The notes beneath the pieces were generated by a model. That model did not search any database, had not been told where the DNA came from, and was given only the letters and a program-made list of their open reading frames with translations. Source: a virus. From it: a stretch of DNA of 64,000 bases. Shown one piece after another: positions 37,566-47,363 of the stretch. A program made the translations under genes and the position numbers. The DNA is taken from IMG/VR virus record IMGVR_UViG_3300027770_000032, one strand, 5' to 3'. Positions within the stretch are counted from its first letter, which is position 1. Each line of letters begins with the position of its first letter.

Positions 37566-37815
37566 AGTATATACAATTAAATTGATGTCGGGCGAAGAAC
37601 TCATTGCTCGTGTCAAGCAAGAAGGCGGAGTCACCGAGCTCATCAAGCCTCGTACGGTTGGTATGGGACCTCAAGGTTTTGCGATGATGCCATGGATGAT
37701 GTCAGCTCCTGATAACAACGTTGTCATCTCTGATACTGTGATTGTTGGCGCCACTGAAACAAGTGCACAAGTGTCAACACAATATCTAAAACAAGTGACA
37801 GGAATTCAAGTGTAA
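37552..37815 (+). CDS. Sm-like fold protein
   Basis: IKLMSGEELIA...PW pattern. Confidence 0.6.
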   Translation: MEQNKVYTIKLMSGEELIARVKQEGGVTELIKPRTVGMGPQGFAMMPWMMSAPDNNVVISDTVIVGATETSAQVSTQYLKQVTGIQV

Positions 37816-38231
37816 TGTTAGAATGTTTGATTATGGGCGACTCGATCGCCGTCGGTACGAAAATGTTTGCGCCAAAGGAATGCGTATCGTATTCGAAAGG
37901 CGGATTCAATACGTGGCAATGGAACAAGAAGTGGGGTAAGACTCCACTTGAAGCCAAGACAATCGTGATTAGCCTCGGAACAAACGATCATAGCGGCGTG
38001 GATACAAAAAAAGAGTTGACAAAAATTAGAACTCGTGTTAAGGTAGGCAATGTAGTATGGATCATGCCTCCTTGTAATAAAGGCTTTTGCAAACCTAAGG
38101 TTAACGCCGCGGTGAAGAGCATTGCTGTCAGTTACGGAGATCGTATCATCTCTACTTCGTATGTTCAACCTGATAATGTCCATCCATCGTGGCGTGGATA
38201 TAAAAATCTCGTAAAGAAAGCTGGAATATGA
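37815..38231 (+). CDS. SGNH/GDSL hydrolase
   Basis: GDSIA, SLGTND, DNVHP. Confidence 0.85.
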   Translation: MLECLIMGDSIAVGTKMFAPKECVSYSKGGFNTWQWNKKWGKTPLEAKTIVISLGTNDHSGVDTKKELTKIRTRVKVGNVVWIMPPCNKGFCKPKVNAAVKSIAVSYGDRIISTSYVQPDNVHPSWRGYKNLVKKAGI

Positions 38232-38785
38232 ATGTATTTGTATTAGATACTGATCCTGTAAAAGCAGCTCAGCTGCAGTGTGATAAGCACGTAGTGAAGA
38301 TGATTGTCGAGAGTGCTCAGATGCTTTCGACAGTCCATCGTATGCTTGACGGTGAGCAATGTCGTATTCCTTCGAAGTCTGGTAAGACGATGTCGAAGGC
38401 ATGGACTCTTCCTGACGAACGCGAAGATACATTCTATCGTGCTGTGCATATGCATCATCCTTGCACGATTTGGACTGCACAAAGCAATAACAACTATACT
38501 TGGCACTGGATACACTTTGCTGCTCTCTGTGACGAGTACACGTATCGCTATGGCAAGGTTCATAGCACAGATACCCTCTTACGAGAAGCACTGAAGCAAT
38601 TGCCTCGTAACATTCCGATTGGCTACAAGACTCAGTTCCCATTGGCTATGGCGGCTTTTCCCGAGTGTATCGATTACAATGACATCGTAGGATCTTATCG
38701 TAAGTTCTATCAGACGAAGCAAGATCGCTTCAAGATGGCATGGACTAAGCGTCCAATTCCAGAATGGTTTGCAATCGCAGCCTAA
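38228..38785 (+). CDS. Pyrimidine-dimer DNA glycosylase (DenV-like family)
   Basis: MNVFVLD...CDKHVVKMIVESAQMLST, HPCTIW, EYTYRYGKVH. Confidence 0.75.
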   Translation: MNVFVLDTDPVKAAQLQCDKHVVKMIVESAQMLSTVHRMLDGEQCRIPSKSGKTMSKAWTLPDEREDTFYRAVHMHHPCTIWTAQSNNNYTWHWIHFAALCDEYTYRYGKVHSTDTLLREALKQLPRNIPIGYKTQFPLAMAAFPECIDYNDIVGSYRKFYQTKQDRFKMAWTKRPIPEWFAIAA

Positions 38786-38803
38786 TATAATTAAAATTAA
38801 TAT

Positions 38804-38840
38804 GACCGCTCTAGTAGAGATACTGGAGCGGTTTTCTTTT
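38804..38840 (+). terminator. Intrinsic terminator
   Basis: GACCGCTCTAGTA-GAGA-TACTGGAGCGGTT + T-rich tail. Confidence 0.85.
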
Positions 38841-38844
38841 GTTT

Positions 38845-38852
38845 TATAAATA
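38845..38852 (+). promoter_or_regulatory. T4-type late promoter
   Basis: Exact TATAAATA right after terminator. Confidence 0.75.
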
Positions 38853-38856
38853 TATC

Positions 38857-39813
38857 ATGACAAATAAAACACCTTATAGACCACTGATTCCTTCTGAGCT
38901 ATTAAAAGCTGGCAGAGAAGGAAGAATCAATACCTTCTTTGATAAGATCAAAGCAGGAGAAGAATTTTTACTTATGAGTGGTAAACTCGTAAAGATTAAA
39001 AAAGATTCTGATCTTGAAACTTTAGCGATGTCCGCTTATAATTCTGGAAACAAAAAAGCATTGGGCGCAATTAAGTTTACTAGTACCACCGGAATAACAT
39101 ATAAATTTGCAGATTTTGCCAAGTCTGCAGAATTTGGCGGTAAAGGTGCGGGTTCTGGTACAGTAGCTGAAAATGTCGCGCTTGCAGACATCCAGAAAAA
39201 ACTAGCAGAAGTTCTTTCTACAGAAAAAACACCTTATATTAAAGTTAAGATTGGCAATGAAATTGTAAAAATGGCCGAAGTCATTTCGACTCCCGGTACA
39301 CCAAAAGCAGACTTTCACGTGATCGATGAGAAAGGTAACGAGGTTGCCTGGATCTCTCATAAAAAAGGAAGAAAAGCCAATGACTTTCAACAATACGGCG
39401 GTATGACTGAAATTAATGATGAAGCCGAGGTTCTTCAGTTTGCTAATGATGTTAAGAAGATTCTTGGTGGAAAAAGATTGCCTATGAAGACGGCTTTTGC
39501 TCGTCCGGTGTCAGCAAAGAGTGTAGCGTTAAAAACTTTATACGGTAAAGATTATAAAGCGGGTAAAGCAAGCGGCCGACAGAACATTAACGTTCTTTAT
39601 CAAGGCCCAATGTCATTTGCAAAAGTAGGCGGAAACTATAAGATCACGAGCAATCATACAGTAGTGCATGGAGAAATTCCTTCTGGAGACTATGAGTGTT
39701 ATTACTACTGTCGTCCTGCACAAGATCGCACACAGTTTGGTGTACCAGGAGCTAGATTTTTTATCGTTGCTAAATTGACTGCAATAAAAAATCGCAACAC
39801 TTTGATTATTTAG
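38857..39813 (+). CDS. Late protein with probable PD-(D/E)xK nuclease fold
   Basis: AE...PKADF...ISHK...FQQYGG; late promoter upstream. Confidence 0.55.
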   Translation: MTNKTPYRPLIPSELLKAGREGRINTFFDKIKAGEEFLLMSGKLVKIKKDSDLETLAMSAYNSGNKKALGAIKFTSTTGITYKFADFAKSAEFGGKGAGSGTVAENVALADIQKKLAEVLSTEKTPYIKVKIGNEIVKMAEVISTPGTPKADFHVIDEKGNEVAWISHKKGRKANDFQQYGGMTEINDEAEVLQFANDVKKILGGKRLPMKTAFARPVSAKSVALKTLYGKDYKAGKASGRQNINVLYQGPMSFAKVGGNYKITSNHTVVHGEIPSGDYECYYYCRPAQDRTQFGVPGARFFIVAKLTAIKNRNTLII

Positions 39814-39815
39814 CA

Positions 39816-39844
39816 TGTACATTTTATCAAAACTATGGTAGAGT
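39816..39844 (+). promoter_or_regulatory. Early-type promoter TGTACA-N17-TAGAGT
   Basis: Recurrent motif; spacer nearly identical to 35304 copy. Confidence 0.8.
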
Positions 39845-39849
39845 AAACT

Positions 39850-40455
39850 ATGATAAAGAAACGTTTCAGAGAGTTTGTTGGTTCAGGTACGCTTACGATA
39901 TTCGATATCGATGAGACGCTGTTCCATACATATGCAAAGGTTGCTGTTGTGAAAGATGGCAAGGTTGTTCGAATGCTCGACAACCAAGAGTTCAACACTT
40001 ACAAACGTAAGAAGGGTGAAACCTACGACTTCGGAGAGTTTGCAAATGCTGAGGTGTTTCGCAAGTCATCTAAACCAATCACTCGAATGGTTGCCAAAAC
40101 AAAAGCGATCTTTGCTAACTCAAAGAAGAATCCTCATAGTCGAGTGATTATCTGCACAGCACGAGCTGACTTCGATAATAAGGATATCTTCCTTCAGACG
40201 TTCAGAGATCATGGTCTACCTATCGATAATATCCATGTCGAACGCGCTGGTAACCTGAAGATAGACTCTTCGGCAGAAGCCAAGAAGATCATTTTTCGGA
40301 AGTATATAAATACTAAGAACTACGTAAAGCTTCGGTTGTTTGATGATGCTCCGAGCAATCTTCAAGCATTTCTTTCGTTAAAGAAAGAATTTCCTAACAT
40401 TACGTTCGAAGCTTATTTTGTAAATCCTGATGGATCGGTAAAAACAGTACGATGA
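39850..40455 (+). CDS. HAD-family phosphatase (RNA-repair/Pnkp-like)
   Basis: FDIDETL, TAR, KK, FDD. Confidence 0.8.
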   Translation: MIKKRFREFVGSGTLTIFDIDETLFHTYAKVAVVKDGKVVRMLDNQEFNTYKRKKGETYDFGEFANAEVFRKSSKPITRMVAKTKAIFANSKKNPHSRVIICTARADFDNKDIFLQTFRDHGLPIDNIHVERAGNLKIDSSAEAKKIIFRKYINTKNYVKLRLFDDAPSNLQAFLSLKKEFPNITFEAYFVNPDGSVKTVR

Positions 40456-41621
40456 CAACCTTTAAAGATTTCCTTGCCGAAGAGCTCGACGAAAGTAAAC
40501 TTACGCATCTTGAGCATGCTGAAGATCACGTGATTAATGCTGGTCATGAAGGCTTTTCTCATGCCTATCATAATCTGAAAGATGTGCATGATAAGTTGAC
40601 TGGTAAGAAGAACGATACCAAAGTGACTATGAAGTATGATGGTTCTCCTTCTGTAGTATTTGGTCGTCATCCTCAAACCGGTCGATTCTTCGTGGCATCA
40701 AAGTCTGCCTTTAATAAGAATCCGAAGATTAACTACACCGAAGAAGATATTCAAAAGAATCACGGTCATGCTCCGGGTTTGGTAGAAAAACTCAAAGCAG
40801 CTTTACAACATCTTCCGAAAGTCACACCGAAGAAAGGTGTTTTCCAAGGTGATATTATGCATACGCCTAATGATGTGCATGAATCTGATGGTCGCGTGCA
40901 CTTTACTCCAAATACGATTACGTATTCTGCTGCGAGAGCTTCAGCGCAAGGCCAAGCTGCTTTAAACGCAAAGATAGGCATTGCCGTTCATACGAAGTAT
41001 AATGGTAATAATCTCGAAGATATGCAAGCCGAACACGGCGCTGATTTGAGCGAGTTTGGATTGCATAGAGATGTGCATTTGATTTCTACTGCTCATCGCC
41101 TTGATAATATTAAATATACTCCTCAGCAACGAGAAAGATTTGCAAGGGCGATGGCTGCTGCAGCAAAGGCGAATAAAAAAACAAAGCCTGAAACGTATGA
41201 AGCGATCAAAGGCCACGAGGTTCCACTCAAGACTTACATTAATCATACTGTTCGTACCGGTACAAGACCGAATGTCGAAGGTTTTATGAATCACTACATC
41301 AAGTCGCAACAGAAAAGGGTTGATAGTGTAAAAACCGAAAAAGCAAAAGCAGCAAAAACTGCCGAGATGGAAACGGCAATTGGTCATGTTCAACGCAATC
41401 GTGCGCATTTTGAAAATGTATTAAATCAACATAAGGCGCTGCAGAAGGCCAAGAACATATTAACGAATACACTTTCAAGTAATTCAGAATTTGATCATAG
41501 TATTAATGGAAAGAAAGCAAAGCCTGAAGGCTTTGTGGTAGTCAGACATAATCGTCCTACTAAGTTTGTTGATCGCGCTGAGTTCTCGGCGGCCAATTTT
41601 AATAGAGGTAAACCAGCATGA
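40452..41621 (+). CDS. Polynucleotide-ligase-fold protein (DUF6267-like) with capsid-targeting-like N-terminus
   Basis: KYDG (motif I), QGD, EGFVV (IV), K (V); starts MTTFKDFLAE. Confidence 0.7.
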   Translation: MTTFKDFLAEELDESKLTHLEHAEDHVINAGHEGFSHAYHNLKDVHDKLTGKKNDTKVTMKYDGSPSVVFGRHPQTGRFFVASKSAFNKNPKINYTEEDIQKNHGHAPGLVEKLKAALQHLPKVTPKKGVFQGDIMHTPNDVHESDGRVHFTPNTITYSAARASAQGQAALNAKIGIAVHTKYNGNNLEDMQAEHGADLSEFGLHRDVHLISTAHRLDNIKYTPQQRERFARAMAAAAKANKKTKPETYEAIKGHEVPLKTYINHTVRTGTRPNVEGFMNHYIKSQQKRVDSVKTEKAKAAKTAEMETAIGHVQRNRAHFENVLNQHKALQKAKNILTNTLSSNSEFDHSINGKKAKPEGFVVVRHNRPTKFVDRAEFSAANFNRGKPA

Positions 41622-42229
41622 AGTCAATTCATATTACACAAGGAAGATTTAATCCTGTTCATGCTGGACATGCGATGGTTGTACAGAATGTAATGAATGC
41701 CGCCAAAAAAGAAGGTGCAGATCATAAGATCTTAACGACTGGATCTCATGATGCAAAGAAGAATCCTTTGACGCCAGAGCAAAAGGTAAAGCATCTTTCT
41801 CGCGCTGTCAAGGGTGCACACGTCGAAGCCATGACAAGAGAGCATCCTACGCTTCTTCATCAGATGTCAAAACTACACAAAGCTGGTTATACTCACGTTA
41901 CCATGCATGTCGGATCAGATCGTGTTAAAGAATTTCACGCTCTGTTGCATAGATACAATGGTGCAGAAGGTAAACACGGTCACTATAACTTTAAAAGTAT
42001 TAAAGTCAAGGCTGTAGGCGGTGAGCGTACGGAAGGCGGAAGTGGAATTGAATCTGCTTCTGGTACTACGATGCGTAAGCATGCTGCAGCTGGAGATAAG
42101 GAATCATTTCATAAGATGGCTCCATCGGGTATGAGTAAAGCACATAAAGATGAATTGTATCATGATGTCCGCAAAGGTATGGGTGTCAACGAATCATTTA
42201 TTATTCGATTTAAAAACTGGATTAGTTGA
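41618..42229 (+). CDS. HxGH nucleotidyltransferase (cytidyltransferase-like)
   Basis: GRFNPVHAGH, KNPL, GSDR, SGTTMR. Confidence 0.85.
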   Translation: MKSIHITQGRFNPVHAGHAMVVQNVMNAAKKEGADHKILTTGSHDAKKNPLTPEQKVKHLSRAVKGAHVEAMTREHPTLLHQMSKLHKAGYTHVTMHVGSDRVKEFHALLHRYNGAEGKHGHYNFKSIKVKAVGGERTEGGSGIESASGTTMRKHAAAGDKESFHKMAPSGMSKAHKDELYHDVRKGMGVNESFIIRFKNWIS

Positions 42230-42248
42230 CTCGTTAAAGTTTCCTTGT

Positions 42249-42256
42249 TATAAATA
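42249..42256 (+). promoter_or_regulatory. T4-type late promoter
   Basis: Exact TATAAATA, intergenic. Confidence 0.75.
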
Positions 42257-42317
42257 GGTTTGCGGTTAGGCTACGGCAATCCCGTTTGTGTAACAGATAA
42301 GCCCAAGGGAAACTCTG

Positions 42318-44360
42318 ATGGAAGATAAGAATAAAAAACCGGTTGATACTCAACAATTAAAGAAACCAACTGGAAAGTCTGTAACTGGCAAACCGCTTGA
42401 TGGTATCGAGATCCGTCCTCAGCTTAAGGGTCTCGGAAATCGCCAGCATAACGAGGATACCGTAGTCCTAACTGACACCTTAGCTGAGAAAAAAGCGTTG
42501 ACACTTGTTCAACGGCAACGTCGAGCTCGCATCTTAAGAGCCAAAGAACCAAAGATGCAAAGAGCGAAAGAAGTTTCGCAGCATAAGCTCGCCTCAGAAG
42601 ATAAGCTGAAGGCTCGAGCAATCAACAAAGCAAGAAACATCGTCAAGATGAGATTCTCAGCTCGGAAGGGTACACCTTATACCGAGCTTACGACATCTGA
42701 AAAGATTCAAGTCGATAGAGTAGTTGATAAGAAAGTTAAGCTAATTCGAAAATTAGCCGCTCGTCTTTTGCCTTCTCTTCGAAAAGCAGAAGTCAATCGT
42801 TTGGCTTCATTTCAATCCGGAGCAAAATTGCAGCATGCGACTGCAGGTCCGGTCGTCAACGAACAATTCAATAATATTGTCGAGAGTCTTGATAATAAGA
42901 CTTCGATGCAGCTCGTCGACATTATCGGCGAATCGATCGATGCTCTCAACGAGAACGACAACTCGATGGGAATCACGCTGAAGAGACTGCTGAATGCAGT
43001 TCTTCCAGAAGATGCCGCAACTTCTACTCTTATTCAAAAATCCGAAAGAACCGGCATACCGTTCTCGACCCTCAGAGAGGTGTTCGAGCGCGGTTCTTTT
43101 GCGTGGGAAAATGACGGTAGAACTACGCAAGAACAATTTTCTTTTGCAAGAGTCAATAGCTATATTGCCAAAGGAAAAGCATGGACACTCGATGCAGATC
43201 TTCGCGAAGAGAAACTTATCAATGATAAACTCGATAGCATATTCGAATCTGCCTATCATACTGGACTGAGTGCATCGACTGCCAAGGCGCGCGAATCTCA
43301 CTGGAAAAAGATGGAAAAGTATTCTGACAAAGATGATCGTGCATATCAAGATGCACCTGGTGACAAGGCAGCTCGGAAGAAGCCGATGCCGCAATCTGTA
43401 CATACCAAGAAATATCATGCTATGTACGGAGAAGATGTCAACGAAGGTCTTTGGGCTAACATTCATGCCAAGCGCAAGAGAATTGCAGCTGGATCTGGTG
43501 AACGCATGCGTAAGCCTGGATCGAAAGGTGCTCCAACGCAGGCTGGATTGCAATCAGCTCAAGAAGCAACAGAAGATCAAGTAGGTAATCAAATCGCTGA
43601 TACTGCAAGACATGGTAAAATCAGATATGTCGGCGTAAGAACTGCTGCGCACAAAGAAACTGGTACTCAAGAACGTCAAGAAGTTCAGTATATAAAGCGA
43701 AATGCTTCGACTATCAAGAAAGAAAAAGACGCCGATCCTCAACAGATTCGCTTAGCTCAAGATCAGATTAAAAACAAAGTGATCGACGAGTCGAACAATA
43801 CACCATATGTCAAGCCTTTTACAGAAAAAGGCAGCACTGAACAACGTGGATGGAAAGCTTCGAATAAGCATGGCAATGTCAAGTACTTTGGATTGAACTT
43901 TAAAGCTTCTGCGCATAAGCATGCAGGAATCAATGAAGCTGCCGAAAAGCATCCGATTGTCAAAGAATACGACGCATTAAAAAAGCACGATATTAAAACG
44001 CTGCATGGACTTATTAAACAACAAAGCAAAGTAGTTGATACATCGGAATTTAAAACAAAAGACCGTGCAATATCACAGTATTTGCGTAATAAACATGGCC
44101 ACAAAAAAGTAGATGCTGCATTTGGATTTAACGAAGATACTTCTGCAACTCGCGAAGTTGGTACAAAATCGCTTGTCAAGAAGTATCAGAAAGAAACTCC
44201 TGGCCAAGAAAAAGCAGATATCAACGAGATATTCAATACAGCTTTTGATGAAGATATCGAGCGCAGATCAGATTTTCGAATGGTCAAAGTTCGTACTCCA
44301 ACCGGATTTGTTTGGAGAAAAGTTAAGAAAGAAGCAGATATTGAGAGAGACGCAGAATGA
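42318..44360 (+). CDS. Large modular late protein, probable internal head protein
   Basis: Late promoter; basic modules separated by [ILVF]-x-E sites; shares ARVNSYI domain with 45122..47356. Confidence 0.65.
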   Translation: MEDKNKKPVDTQQLKKPTGKSVTGKPLDGIEIRPQLKGLGNRQHNEDTVVLTDTLAEKKALTLVQRQRRARILRAKEPKMQRAKEVSQHKLASEDKLKARAINKARNIVKMRFSARKGTPYTELTTSEKIQVDRVVDKKVKLIRKLAARLLPSLRKAEVNRLASFQSGAKLQHATAGPVVNEQFNNIVESLDNKTSMQLVDIIGESIDALNENDNSMGITLKRLLNAVLPEDAATSTLIQKSERTGIPFSTLREVFERGSFAWENDGRTTQEQFSFARVNSYIAKGKAWTLDADLREEKLINDKLDSIFESAYHTGLSASTAKARESHWKKMEKYSDKDDRAYQDAPGDKAARKKPMPQSVHTKKYHAMYGEDVNEGLWANIHAKRKRIAAGSGERMRKPGSKGAPTQAGLQSAQEATEDQVGNQIADTARHGKIRYVGVRTAAHKETGTQERQEVQYIKRNASTIKKEKDADPQQIRLAQDQIKNKVIDESNNTPYVKPFTEKGSTEQRGWKASNKHGNVKYFGLNFKASAHKHAGINEAAEKHPIVKEYDALKKHDIKTLHGLIKQQSKVVDTSEFKTKDRAISQYLRNKHGHKKVDAAFGFNEDTSATREVGTKSLVKKYQKETPGQEKADINEIFNTAFDEDIERRSDFRMVKVRTPTGFVWRKVKKEADIERDAE

Positions 44361-44650
44361 TCGGATTTAAAGAGTTCATCACTGAGCGTGGCGAAGACTC
44401 GAAAGGTCATTTCATTGCCACTGAAAAAGGTGCAGGAATGACTGTGAAAGGTGTCAAAGCTTTTCGCGCAAAGAATCCTGGATCGAATCTACAAACTGCT
44501 GTCACAGGTAAAGTCAAACCCGGATCAAAAGATGCAGGAAGACGCAAGTCATTCTGTGCTCGTATGAGTGGTAATAAAGGCCCAATGAAAGACGAGAAAG
44601 GCAGACCGACTCGTAAAGCAATGTCATTAAGAAGATGGAAGTGTAACTAA
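44357..44650 (+). CDS. Small basic protein (DUF6321-like) with capsid-targeting-like N-terminus
   Basis: MIGFKEFITE; RRKSFCARM...LRRWKC. Confidence 0.7.
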   Translation: MIGFKEFITERGEDSKGHFIATEKGAGMTVKGVKAFRAKNPGSNLQTAVTGKVKPGSKDAGRRKSFCARMSGNKGPMKDEKGRPTRKAMSLRRWKCN

Positions 44651-45087
44651 TGGAAGAGATCACAAACCCTTTAAAGGTCGCGTTTGCAGACACCTATGCG
44701 CTTTACGTGAAGGCTCAAAACTATCATTGGAATGTCGAAGGACCAATGTTCCCGATGTATCATGAATTCTTTGGTAACATCTACGAAGAAGTCGGCGGTG
44801 CCATTGATCCTTTCGCCGAAGAGATTCGAGCCCAAAAATCTTATGCTCCAGCTTCGTTCGGAAGGTTCAATGAACTATCAACAATTGAAGATGAATCTCT
44901 TATTCAGTTGCTTCCTACAACCATGGTGACTAATCTTTTCGAAGATAATAATCGAGTTCTTGCTTCTCTTCAACTTGCAAGAGAAGCAGCAGACAAATAC
45001 AATCAAAACGGTCTCGTTAACTTCCTTGAAGAAAGACTGGATCAGCACAACAAACACGCATGGATGCTCCGCGCATCGATGAAATAA
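44650..45087 (+). CDS. dps: Dps/ferritin-like protein
   Basis: KAQNYHWNVEG..F...HEFF, D..AEEIR, KHAWML. Confidence 0.92.
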   Translation: MEEITNPLKVAFADTYALYVKAQNYHWNVEGPMFPMYHEFFGNIYEEVGGAIDPFAEEIRAQKSYAPASFGRFNELSTIEDESLIQLLPTTMVTNLFEDNNRVLASLQLAREAADKYNQNGLVNFLEERLDQHNKHAWMLRASMK

Positions 45088-45090
45088 TTT

Positions 45091-45098
45091 CATAAATA
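45091..45098 (+). promoter_or_regulatory. Late promoter variant CATAAATA
   Basis: Intergenic, before large late gene. Confidence 0.6.
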
Positions 45099-45121
45099 GA
45101 TTTAAATTTACGGAGCAAAAA

Positions 45122-47356
45122 ATGTTAACGAATAAAATCACAGGATTCAGTGCTGATCTTCTCAACACAGTAAGAGGCATTCTTGGCGAAGCGAAGAAAC
45201 ATGCTGACGATTGCGAGTGCGAAAAGTGCGAAGCAGAAGAGATGGAAGAAGGCCATATGCCTACTGCCGACGAACCGACTGATGCAAACAAGAAAACTGC
45301 AGATAAAGTTCGTGCGATGATGGCTAAAGAAAAGAAGCCAATGAAAGAAGAAATTCTGGAAATGGTGGAAGAAGCATCAAGTGGTCTTGCAGATAAAGCA
45401 AAGAAATCTGGTGTATCTTTGTCAACCTTGAAAAAAGTATATGCTCGTGGCATTGCAGCTTGGAATAGCGGCCATCGTCCTGGTACAACTCCACAACAGT
45501 GGGCCCATGCTCGTGTGAATTCTTATATTACGAAGGGTAAAGGCACATATGGCGGTGCTGACAAAGATCTTCATAGCGAAAGCCACGATATGCCATTCGA
45601 AGGCCCATATAAAGAAGTCGGCCAGCGCAAAGACGAATACGGCAATAAAGTAAAGAACGTTGCCAAGTATCTTGCAAAGAAGGCAATGAATAAGCAGAAG
45701 AACGAAGAAGTCGAGCAGGTTGATGAGATCTCTTCTGATATGGCTTATCGCTATCTAAAAGGGAAGCGCGAAAGAGATTACGACATCAGCGCAGATGGTA
45801 AATCAAGCACAACAAAGAAACCACAGACTTTTGCTAAGATGAACAAAGACGCAAAGAGTTCTATGCGTGCGCTCAGAACAATTGAGAAAGCCAAAAAAGC
45901 CAATGAAGAAGCAGAGCATAACAACTGTGGAACTCTCGAATGCTGCGGCGAATGCGATACAGCCACACAAATCGATGAAACTGCAAAGATTGTTGCTCAT
46001 CTTCAAAAGCGTTACGGCGATAACATTCGTAAAAGCCATGTTCGCTCCGCAGCCAACGATTTTGGTGTTGATGCATCGAAGTTAGCGAAGGCAGTACGCA
46101 CTAAGTTAGGCAAGAATATGCTTGACGAAGAAGATGATGGCTGGTATACCCATTCTCAGATGCACGGTTCAAAGAAAAGTGAAAAGCACCCAAAGGGTAT
46201 TTCGGCTGATGAATGGAAATCTGGCATTAGATGGCATCATGGTAAGAATAAAAGAATTAATATTAAAGAAGAAGTTGAAGAGCTCGACGAGATCTCAAAG
46301 GCAACAATGGGCCGTTATATCAATAAAGCCAAAGACTCGATTGATATCGTTTCTTATAGACAAGGGCACAAAGAAGCCCACGGTAGTTCTGCAGCGGGTG
46401 CTGAAAAGAAACTCACAAAGCGTCATAAAGGTATCGAAACTGCAGTTAAGAAACTGACCAAGGAAGAGCAAGACTTTGTTGATTCGTTGAACAATGAAAT
46501 ATTTGAAAAAACAGATCCTTATGATATTGCTGGTATGATCAAAAAAGCAAAAGCAAAGAATGATCCAAACCATCCTGCTATGAAGCATGTTGCAGCAATC
46601 GAAGATATCAAAAAGCATGGTGGTGCACTATCTGTTCAAGGCGATCATGTCAGATCTCTTATAAAAGCGTTAGGCGAAGATGCAAATGTTGGTCAGATCG
46701 ACGAGATCTCTAAGGGCAAGGCTATGAATGCTTTACAATATGCCGCTTCGGATCCAGATGATGTGCGCGGCTATACTCTTCAAAAGAAGATTGCTAAGAA
46801 GTGGCCTAACATGGCAAAACACGCGGCAGATGCTTCATATACTGCTGCTTATGGTAGATCGGGTAGAGATATTTTCCAAGATCGTGATAAGTTAGCTGAC
46901 CGTGCACGTTCTTCTTATCGAATGACCAAGGGCGGTAAGGCAAACAAGCAGGATCTCAAGGCACGTTTCCGTAAAGAAGAAGTAGAACTTGACGAAGCTC
47001 GTGGCCGTCCTAAAAAAGGTGTAGCCAAAGACTTTACGATTCATCCGAGAACTAAAGAAAAATTGATGCATAACAATCCTGCAGATATGGCCAGAATTGA
47101 AAGACTTCAGAAGAACAAAGTTCTTGCAAAACCAAAAGTCGAAGCTGACGAACATATCATGAATCAACTTCAAAAAGCGAAGACATCGATGTTAGGTGGA
47201 TCTAAAATCAACTTTACACACGGTGATTCGAAAGAAGTTTCAGGTACACATGCTGCAAAGATTTTGTCGAAGTATGCTGGCATGAAACCAACAGAGAAAG
47301 AAGCCTTTCAAAAGTTTGTAGGTCATTCTCATGAAAACCTCATGAAACACGTATAG
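45122..47356 (+). CDS. Large modular late protein, probable internal head polyprotein
   Basis: Linkers EEVEQVDE, EEVEELDE, QIDE, EEVELDE between basic modules. Confidence 0.7.
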   Translation: MLTNKITGFSADLLNTVRGILGEAKKHADDCECEKCEAEEMEEGHMPTADEPTDANKKTADKVRAMMAKEKKPMKEEILEMVEEASSGLADKAKKSGVSLSTLKKVYARGIAAWNSGHRPGTTPQQWAHARVNSYITKGKGTYGGADKDLHSESHDMPFEGPYKEVGQRKDEYGNKVKNVAKYLAKKAMNKQKNEEVEQVDEISSDMAYRYLKGKRERDYDISADGKSSTTKKPQTFAKMNKDAKSSMRALRTIEKAKKANEEAEHNNCGTLECCGECDTATQIDETAKIVAHLQKRYGDNIRKSHVRSAANDFGVDASKLAKAVRTKLGKNMLDEEDDGWYTHSQMHGSKKSEKHPKGISADEWKSGIRWHHGKNKRINIKEEVEELDEISKATMGRYINKAKDSIDIVSYRQGHKEAHGSSAAGAEKKLTKRHKGIETAVKKLTKEEQDFVDSLNNEIFEKTDPYDIAGMIKKAKAKNDPNHPAMKHVAAIEDIKKHGGALSVQGDHVRSLIKALGEDANVGQIDEISKGKAMNALQYAASDPDDVRGYTLQKKIAKKWPNMAKHAADASYTAAYGRSGRDIFQDRDKLADRARSSYRMTKGGKANKQDLKARFRKEEVELDEARGRPKKGVAKDFTIHPRTKEKLMHNNPADMARIERLQKNKVLAKPKVEADEHIMNQLQKAKTSMLGGSKINFTHGDSKEVSGTHAAKILSKYAGMKPTEKEAFQKFVGHSHENLMKHV

Positions 47357-47363
47357 GTGTAAT

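Noticed and set aside
37818-38642. 274-aa minus-strand ORF and other long antisense ORFs (5498..6013, 10217..10780, 25709..26320, 42807..43553, 44878..45453, 49996..50559)
   Set aside because: Shadows of well-supported plus-strand genes; no recognisable motifs or expression signals
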